This document shows, one piece after another, positions 55,261-64,000 of a stretch of DNA of 64,000 bases. A program made the position numbers and the translations under genes. Source of the DNA: Octopus sinensis (taxonomy: Eukaryota); NCBI RefSeq assembly GCF_006345805.1, contig NC_042998.1, forward strand, positions 91,202,001 through 91,266,000. The letters run 5' to 3'. Position 1 is the first letter of the stretch. Each line of letters begins with the position of its first letter. The notes beneath the pieces are model-generated. The model saw only the letters and a list, made by a program, of their open reading frames with translations. It ran no database searches and was not told the DNA's origin.

Positions 55261-55298
55261 TCTTTCTGTTGAAGAGCGTAGGCTCGAAACGTAAAAGA
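55261..55298 (+). ncRNA. Minimal hammerhead-like motif, CUGUUGA core variant
   Basis: TCTTT CTGTTGA A GAGC GTAG GCTC GAAA C GTA AAAGA. Confidence 0.65.
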
Positions 55299-55394
55299 CT
55301 TGTTTTATTTCTATTCCTGAGCGCCATACTAATACAATTGTTTGTTTGTACTCCACCTGCCTTCGTCTTTTGTTTATTTTCGTAAAGCTTCCCG

Positions 55395-55440
<46 letters not shown>

Positions 55441-55447
55441 ATATATA

Positions 55448-56398
55448 TAAAATACAAAATGAGACAAGAACGCAAAACATCCGGATAGTTCGCTGATACA
55501 AAAGTGGGATAACAAAAGATCCAGAGAGACGATACAAATAAAACAAGGACGGGTCATTCGAAGTTTTCTTTCTTCAGTCAAGTACCAGATTATCTTCGCA
55601 ATTTCGGCTGATTATACTAGAGATTGCTCCAATCTGGCCAGCCCCAAGGAAAAACTAAACTAAGAGCATTAGATTCCTTGGAAGAAAACAGCAAATGTAT
55701 ATAAAAACAAGGACGGAAAAAAAACGGACAATGTTACACAAATAAAAATAATAACAGGACATAACAACAGGTGTCTTTCGACTAAGGACGAATTAAATTA
55801 TATCTTTCGTTCCCCCACTCTCACATTTCCTTGCTTTCTCTTCTTGCTCACTTTCCCTCCACTTTTTTGACTTCACTGTGTCCCTGTCATTTTTCTCGCC
55901 CCTCCTTAATTCTTCTGTCCCCTGCTTCTACTTATCTCTTTTCTCTTCCCACGTGACCGGCGTTCGACTTAGCCTGTTCTTTCTTTTTTGGTCTGGCCGT
56001 TGTCCGTGCAATATCGATATTCGTCCCTGTGTTTGTGAAATCTTGTATCCTGCCGTAATTCTTCATTTCCACACACGCCAGCTTAATTTAATTCGTCCTT
56101 AGTCGAAAGATACCTGTTGTTATGTCCTGTTATTATTTTTATTTGTGTAACATTGTCCGTTTTTTCCCGTCCTTGTTTTCGTATACATTCGCTGCTTTCT
56201 TCAAAGGAATCTAATGCTCTTAGCTTAGTTTTTCCTTCGAGCTGGTCAGATTAGAGCAATCTCGAGTATAACCAGCCGAAATTGCAAAGATAATCTGGAA
56301 CTCGATTGAGGATAGAAAACTCCGAATGACCCGTCCTTGTTTTCTTTGCATCGTCTGTCTGGATGTTTTGCGTTCTTGTCCCATTTTTGTATTTTTAT
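55448..56398. mobile_element. Inverted-repeat element in (TA)n (arms ~55448-55800 and 56084-56398)
   Basis: Arms are reverse complements with scattered differences; the right arm lacks a ~40 bp internal repeat unit; the spacer is pyrimidine-rich. Confidence 0.8.
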
Positions 56399-56499
56399 AT
56401 ATAAAAAATATAGCGGCGTACGTACACTTTGGTCTCTTATATGTAAGTATATACATATATATATGTAAGTATATATATATACATATATATATGTAAGTA

Positions 56500-56542
<43 letters not shown>

Positions 56543-57326
56543 TAAACAGTAAATTAAATACAGACATGGACAAGAACATGAAACACCACAGAGACGACAC
56601 AAGAACCACAGGACGGGACATTCGAAGCCCTCAGTCATCAGTCAAGAACCAGATCATCTTAGCAATTTCGGCTGAATATATATATATATATATATGCATA
56701 TATACATACATATATGTATTACCTACATATATATGTATATATACATGCTTATATGGGTACAGGACATAAAAAAACGTTGATAACAATGAGAAACGAAAAC
56801 AGAAACGAGACATGCAACATAAAGAACATTCCCCTTCTTCAGTTGTCCCTGTTTCATCTACTCCACGTTTCGAAGGCAAGGACAAGACGCGACTTCGTTG
56901 AAACAGTCCTTTCCGCAAAGAAAATTAGGAATTTTTTGCGGATGATGAAAGTGGTAACAAGAACAGGACAGTGAGAACAAAGCAGTAAAAATAACCGGTG
57001 AGGGCTGTTAAGCCAAGACGATAGAAAAATTATTATGAACGTGAGGAAGACGAGCTTATGAAGGAGACAAGTATAAGCACGTTTTGTTCTTTACGAAGGT
57101 TGTGGGCAGAAAGACAGATCTTTCGTCACATACATACATACATACATACATACATACATACACACATACACACACACACACACACACATACATACATACA
57201 TACATATATATATATATATTATATAAATTAGAGACAAAACCACTATTATGCAAATCAAACAAAGAAAGACTTAATCCAATACATAAATTAATTTATATAA
57301 TTTAGAAATTTAACAATTATTAATAT

Positions 57327-57390
57327 CCACTACGATCGTTTCATGTCTTCTTTTCATCACATCTTTGAGTAGTAGACATTCTTCAGGTGG
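57327..57390 (-). ncRNA. Type-I hammerhead ribozyme (antisense arm)
   Basis: Exact reverse complement of 57498-57561. Confidence 0.8.
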
Positions 57391-57497
57391 TTTCAAATAT
57401 TCTTGGCGAGTTTAAACTATGAACTAATTTTAAATCACAAAAGACGTTTGTGATTTAAAATTAGTTCATAGTTTAAACTCGCCAAGAATATTTGAAA

Positions 57498-57561
57498 CCA
57501 CCTGAAGAATGTCTACTACTCAAAGATGTGATGAAAAGAAGACATGAAACGATCGTAGTGG
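57498..57561 (+). ncRNA. Type-I hammerhead ribozyme, canonical core, large loop II
   Basis: CCAC CTGAAGA ATGTCT [25 nt] AGACAT GAAA CGATC GTA GTGG; stem III palindrome ACGATCGT; GUA triplet. Confidence 0.82.
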
Positions 57562-57785
57562 ATATTAATAATTGTTAAATTTCTAAATTATATAAATTAA
57601 TTTATGTATTGGATTAAGTCTTTCTTTGTTTGATTTGCATAATAGTGGTTTTGTCTCTAATTTATATAATATAATATTTTATTATAAACTGGATTCAATC
57701 CTAAATCTGATTTTTCCCTGTAAGTTTGGATTTATTCCCTAATATTTATTATTAATATATATATTATATATATATATATTATATA

Positions 57786-57816
<31 letters not shown>

Positions 57817-57817
<1 letters not shown>

Positions 57818-57975
57818 TTGTGATTTCTATAAGCAAATGAAACACGTGCAATGGAGAATAAATAATGTCAAAAAGAATTCCATCTTCTTGTTATAATATA
57901 AATTAATTCTGCAAATAGCTTTTCCATAATTCTCAATTTTAAGATGTACTTTGACACACATACAGCAACAGCTAT

Positions 57976-58061
<86 letters not shown>

Positions 58062-58220
58062 ATAGCTGTTGCTGTATGTGTGTCAAAGTACATCTTAAAA
58101 TTGAGAATTATGGAAAAGCTATTTGCAGAATTAATTTATATTATAACAAGAAGATGGAATTCTTTTTGACATTATTTATTCTCCATTGCACGTGTTTCAT
58201 TTGCTTATAGAAATCACAAA
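57817..58220. repeat. Perfect palindrome centred on a (TA)n tract
   Basis: Identical ORFs on both strands (57827..58093- and 57944..58210+); centre at 58018/58019. Confidence 0.9.
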
Positions 58221-58379
58221 GAGTTACCTGTTAGACGTTTAAAGAATTTCCTATTAGAAACTCTTTACATGTCTATCAAACATGTAAATCTTAGTGATTC
58301 CTACTAGCATATGAAAGACGTGTGATGGAGAATAAATAAAACCAGATTTCCATTTTCCTATATACATGTATGTATGTAT

Positions 58380-59106
58380 GATCTTTTCCTTTTGAACGGC
58401 ACTTTGTAACATAATTTCTAGGTAACTAAAATGTTTTAAACTTCGTATACTGGTAGAATGTGTTTATAAAACATCACTTTCTCTTGGCTTTATTGAGAAA
58501 ATTCTATAGGTTGTAAGATATTTCGTCTAAAATTTCTTGCATTTCGGCTATTTTAACCAATCAATTACCTCCATTGACGTAAATAACATTCTGTGCATAA
58601 TGAATATGTCCCTCGTTTAAGAAACAGATTGGGTTTATTTACATTTGTGAAGAAAAAAAGATACCCTTCCCCAACCCCTAACCCTAACTAACCCTAGAAA
58701 AATATCCCATTTTTCGTAGCGGTGTCGTATGAAATTGTCACCCATAATTATAACCCTAGTATCGATCTATTGCATTTCAATCTATTTTAGATTTAGGGTT
58801 AGGATTAGGGGTTGGGGAAGGGTATCTTTTTTCTTCACAAATGTAAATAAACCCAATCTGTTTCTTAAAGGAGGTACATTTTCATTATGCACAGAATGTT
58901 ATTTACGTCAATGAAGGTAACTGATTGGTTAAAATTGCCGAAATGCAAGTAATTTCAGACGAAATATCTTACAAACTATAGAATTTTCTCAATAAAGCGA
59001 AGAGAAAATGAGGTTTTAAAAAACACATTCTACCAGTATACGAAGTTTAAAACTTTTTAGTTACCTAGAAATTATGTTACAAAGTGCCGTTCAAAAGGAA
59101 AAGATC
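58380..59106. mobile_element. Foldback MITE with ~310 bp TIRs and TTAGGG-like inner repeats
   Basis: Ends gatcttttccttttgaacggcac / gtgccgttcaaaaggaaaagatc; inner ccctaaccctaac / ttagggttaggattagggg; inserted in (TATG)n. Confidence 0.85.
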
Positions 59107-59202
59107 CAGTATGTATGTATGTCATTATTCAGTTTTATTTCATGATTTCTTGTCAATAGAGAAAGAATCGGATTCTAACCTAGATCCAAGCATGTTGCAG
59201 TG

Positions 59203-59234
<32 letters not shown>

Positions 59235-59272
59235 AAATAATATAAGAGAGTGGTCACTATATGGCTCACTAA

Positions 59273-59277
<5 letters not shown>

Positions 59278-59361
<84 letters not shown>

Positions 59362-59538
59362 ACTTCATTGGAATTTCAAAAACATCAACAGGGTATTTTT
59401 TGTATGTATGTATGTATGTATGTATGTATGTATGTATGTATGATGTATGTTAATGTGGTTTTATAGAATCTTAACTATTTGCTTTATACATTCATAGACG
59501 CACATTACTCTATCTATCTATCTATCTATCTATCTATA

Positions 59539-59572
<34 letters not shown>

Positions 59573-59595
59573 ATCTGTTAACGCATGTATGTATG

Positions 59596-59629
<34 letters not shown>

Positions 59630-59645
59630 GGCATGCATGCATGTA
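59278..59645. repeat. Microsatellite cluster (TA)n-(GA)n, (TATG)n, (TATC)n
   Basis: Directly visible. Confidence 0.9.
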
Positions 59646-60842
59646 TGTGTTGATGGGTGTGTTAGTGTGATAAGTAGCCAGTTTAATGTTTTGACTTTTC
59701 TTTCTCTTTCTCCCAATAAGACTTGTCAATGTTTCGAGAACCTGTTTGTTGAAAGTCGTCAAGGCTGTTACCTTAATTGCATCTCCTCCTGCTGATTCCT
59801 TAATACATTTTACACGTTATAACTAAAACCTTTAAATTGTTATATTTTATATAGAAAAATATCCAAATATAATATATTCTACTGATGTCTTTTAAAACCA
59901 GTTTATTGTTTCTGTTTGGAAATAAATGAAATACGACGATTAAAGTAACTTGGTATGTACGACAACAACCATTGTCGTTAACTGCTGTCAAGTTGAGTGA
60001 GGCGTAGACAACCTAGTTTAACATACCTGGACGGGTCACTTATACAACGTCAAGCATGTTGTAGTGGATATACGTATATATGTAGATTTGACTGAAACCA
60101 GTTAGCCCCTTAACTGGAGGTGGTTCAGGTATGTCAATAAGGCTAGTTTTACCTTAATTAACTATATCATCTGTAAACTATTTTTACCTGTTGCTTTTAG
60201 AAAAATGACAAAAATTTGATTAATATTATTGATAGATTGATCGTTTGAATTTGCTTAGTCGTTAATTACCTACGAAGCAACCCGGTCATGGTGGTGTAGA
60301 CACATCACCAAAGACATTCCAATCGTGATCATCCCGTCTTTGTTTTTCAAACACAGTTTTCCATTATTTTTTTTTAATTTGAGGGAAATTTGGCTGTTGC
60401 TTCTGGCAGATCAGATGACCACATAGAGACACCACGGGTGATTCTTATATTATTACATTATAATTTATATTATGTTTCATACTGATAAGTTTTAATAATT
60501 CTCGTAGCTTCCTTCTAACATTTTTCGTCGAAAGGCTTATAACAGAAGACACCGCTTACATTACCATATCGTTCGATTTCGGGGTGTTTGTCCCATTCCA
60601 GCCGAAAATCTCTGAGTCCTACCTTTAATTTCCAATTGTGAACCGTTCATGAATATATTTTCGTTTTCACTTTACATGCAATTTAATTCTATTATTTCAT
60701 TTTCATCGTCTTAATATTCAGCACAATTGTGCGTTATTTTATAACACACCTGATCAGTTACAGATCACGATTTCATTAGCAACAGTTGTTGAGCTGTTTT
60801 GATTGCATTAAGCTTAGATATGTATATATGACAATATTTTGC

Positions 60843-60904
<62 letters not shown>

Positions 60905-62821
60905 ATATAGCAATGTTTTGCCTATATATAATATATTAAACATCGTTTCTTTAAAAATTATGTACGTAAATGGTCTTAGGAATATGACAACTATTCAAGA
61001 AATGTGAAACGTATACACTCCCAAAAGTTTGCAATATTTTTCATTCTCTTAATTGAAATTTTAGAAAGTAACTCTAATAATTGTATCTGAATGACTAAAT
61101 CTAAAGTTTAGAATCATGCCTTTTATTACATTCTATTAAACTGTAACTTATGAGTTAATCTAGTTCCTTGCTCAACAATAGAAACATTTGTTTGTTCCAG
61201 ATATCTCAATTTAGCCCTGACGCACAACTTCCCTGTTTAGTAGGCGCACTATGGCTGAATGGTTAAGAAGTTCGCTTTGCAACAACAATGTCCCATGTTC
61301 GAGCCCACCGCATGGCATTTTTAACCATATGTCATTTTCCCTGAGTCTATTCAGTAGGCAGAATCTATAAGCCTGTCAGGTGGATTGTACCTGTAATTCA
61401 AAGGGTTTACACTTGTGACTCAGCCCTTTCCACGTTAATTCGGGAGCAGTTATTCAGTTGTTTAGGCCATTCAGCCTCGTCGTTGAACGATGCACATTCA
61501 TACCGCCACAACTTCCTTGTTTACTTTCTGTTTAATACGCTTTTTGATATACGATGAGAGCCCTAAATAACCTCACAGTTTTTACCTCTCCATGACTTCA
61601 TCCAAAATCGCTATATGTTTATTATATGGATATTTATTAAATAATTCTAGACTAATTTGATTCAATTCTAGGGCAATTATAAACCTTATTATGCCAGAAG
61701 AAACCTATTTTAAATTGTTAAGATTCTTATAACACACTGAAATAGCAACATGCCTGCGTCATTTCCTTTGCTCCATATTTTTTTTTGTCTAAACTGGTTT
61801 AAGATACAAGTTCACCCTAGTTTTGTTTGTTTCTATAGATCGACAAGAATGCAGTACAACACAAACGTATCTTAAAATCTTATTCAGGATGTCAGCTAAT
61901 TAATTTCGCCCTGCAACATAAGTCCTGTTTTAATAAGGTCGAAAACATTTAACTTCAGTTGATTAACATTTTAAAATTTATTGAAATAAATTACAAAACT
62001 TCTGTAAATTATAAAAGTATAAAATTAATGGTGTCAGAACTAAATAGAAATGTTTTTAAAATGTCGTAAAATATAATAAACTTCTATACTAAACTAGAAG
62101 AAGTTTAGGCAATCTTTCGTTTCTAAGTTTAGTATAGAACAAGCTTTCCCTTGTTAATTATATATATTTTTCACCAGAAGAAAAAAAAGCCTGAAAACAT
62201 TTATTTTATCTCGTGTAAAATTTAGCTTTTATTATACTAAGTGCGACCCATTTACCTAAATATCTGAGTTCAGGTGAAGTTTTTGAACTATGTTTTTACA
62301 GTGTTGTGTCTGAATGCTTTAAAAGTGCCCATTGAATATTTTCTACAACATATCGTACGAAATAGTTGTAATTCATTATATCATAGTATGTTATTGTTTC
62401 TGTAATTTTTGACATTAATATGTCATCAACAAAGGTGCAATTGTATAATAGTAACTTAATACAAAGGACAAAATTATAAACAATACTTTATTGTTGATTG
62501 TTCCGTGAAAAGTTGTGTCTAAATCTTATGATAGCTTGTCAGATAAAATTCAGTTGTGTTCAGGGGGTGAAATTAGAAATATTTCTGTTTGTCAAATAGT
62601 ATTTCAGCACCTATGTACATCAGTAGGGAGTGGGTGGGTGTGAAAAAAAAGAAAAAAGAAACTTTTGGTTTACTTTTCTTGAATACCTTTTTATACATAC
62701 ATACTTGCATAGTTTTTACAAGAGGGTTACATGTTACCCTTCTTTATAAAAGTATACGTACTCTACAAAAAGCATCGAGTAATTCAGTTTAATGTTAAAA
62801 CTGTTTTATTCGTCACACACA

Positions 62822-62874
<53 letters not shown>

Positions 62875-64000
62875 TCACTCACACACACATAGACGTTTTT
62901 TTATATATAAATAATCGGCAGAAGTTAGTGACTAAAATGCCGGGATTGTGTTGTGCCAACGCATGAAACGCACGGTCCTTGAGTTGTTTAACTTTTGCTG
63001 ATTAGTAATAAAAAAAAATGTATATATGCTCATATTGTTTCGAGTTCTACTTTTCTGTTTGCTTCACCAAACACACACATATATGCTTTTTTTTTTGTCG
63101 ACTTAGATATAAAACTATTTGACATTTTATAAATATACATACAATGTTATAATCCATTTGTAATTACCTCAACGTTGCAAAAGATGAAGTAGAATAAGTT
63201 TCAAACTTGTTTGATAAAATAAAATTGATCTGGAGTTAAATACTTTTGAGGTGGATTTAATTCTATTAATTATAATTGAGATCGATTTGATCATAATTCT
63301 ACAATGTTTTGCGAATTAAAACTTCAATTTGGCAAGAAATATAAGATGCTTTCTAAGTAAACGTATTACCTTAACTCCTACCAAAGTTAATATAAATTTC
63401 GAAACATTAAATAATTACTAATCACTATAAAATATCAATGAAATGAAATATTCTTTTACTTTATTTTTCAAAATATTGATTCGAACAAATATTTTAAATT
63501 TATATCGAAGTCATTACAAAATATTTTTTATAGAATCAATTACATATATTTTTGTAACGATCATCAAATATTTAAACAAAATGACATCCTTAGTATCAGA
63601 TCTTGTTAGATCTTGCTTATTTAATATTGATATCAAATATGTCAAATGAACTGAACTGCGAAAGTAGCAAGGTGGCTCTAAAAGTATGAAGATAATTTAA
63701 GTCCCATTCAGCAGTCGCATGATACTACAATAACAGCTGATAAATATAGTTAGTTGTCTTGAACAGCTGACTTACGTAGAATACGGCTATTTAGAAGTTT
63801 TGTTTTGTTTTTTATCGTGGATCATTGATTTATTACATATTTTGGAGGACCACTTGAGATAAAATCAATAAAATTATCTAAAAAATAAAACATACTATGA
63901 AACCCTAATCTTTTAATATTACAGTAATTTGTGACAGACGTTTATTTTCCCTGTAGACCAGAGACATCCAGTTGAGAACTTCTGATTCACAGGAAATAAA

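Larger units (their letters stand above)
57215..57755. mobile_element. Perfect palindromic HHR-bearing element in (TA)n
   Basis: Arms 57215-57441 and 57447-57673 around a 5 nt loop (agacg); one-sided extension to ~57755. Confidence 0.8.

Noticed and set aside
56855-56930. Minus-strand GAAACGT motif after an AAGG/CCTT stem
   Set aside because: No NUGANNA core and a GUG triplet.
57817-57855. GAAACACGTGC hammerhead-like half motif (also 58290-58325)
   Set aside because: Palindromic stem III-like part only; core and stem I cannot be assigned.
58670-58820. Interstitial telomere
   Set aside because: Only 2-4 imperfect TTAGGG units, and they are part of the MITE arms.
62925-62982. ATGC/GCAT stem followed by GAAACGCACGGTC near a TA tract
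   Set aside because: Core and stem I do not fit; compatible with chance.

Overview
AT-rich, microsatellite-saturated animal genomic DNA. The SINE families and repeat landscape look like a coleoid cephalopod, probably Octopus; this is inferred, not searched. I can support no host protein-coding gene, rRNA, true tRNA gene or CRISPR array, and nearly all listed ORFs are microsatellite read-throughs. The window is a patchwork of tRNA-derived SINEs (Nin/Deu-domain-like, CORE-like, OR-like), hAT, pogo and foldback MITEs, a non-autonomous Helitron, and decayed mariner, CR1/L2 and RTE coding remnants. The main result is a set of short non-coding elements from at least seven unrelated sequence families. 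Most sit in (TA)n tracts, many are long palindromes, and each carries a minimal type-I hammerhead ribozyme (HHR) fold with a palindromic or near-palindromic stem III, the hallmark of Penelope-like element pseudo-LTRs and retrozymes. They include canonical cores (46083, 57498, 29026), two apparent compensatory swaps of the C3-G8 core pair (U3-A8 at 12738, G3-C8 at 49526) and a CUGUUGA variant present twice. All folds were read by eye and cleavage activity is untested. SINE and remnant boundaries are approximate.
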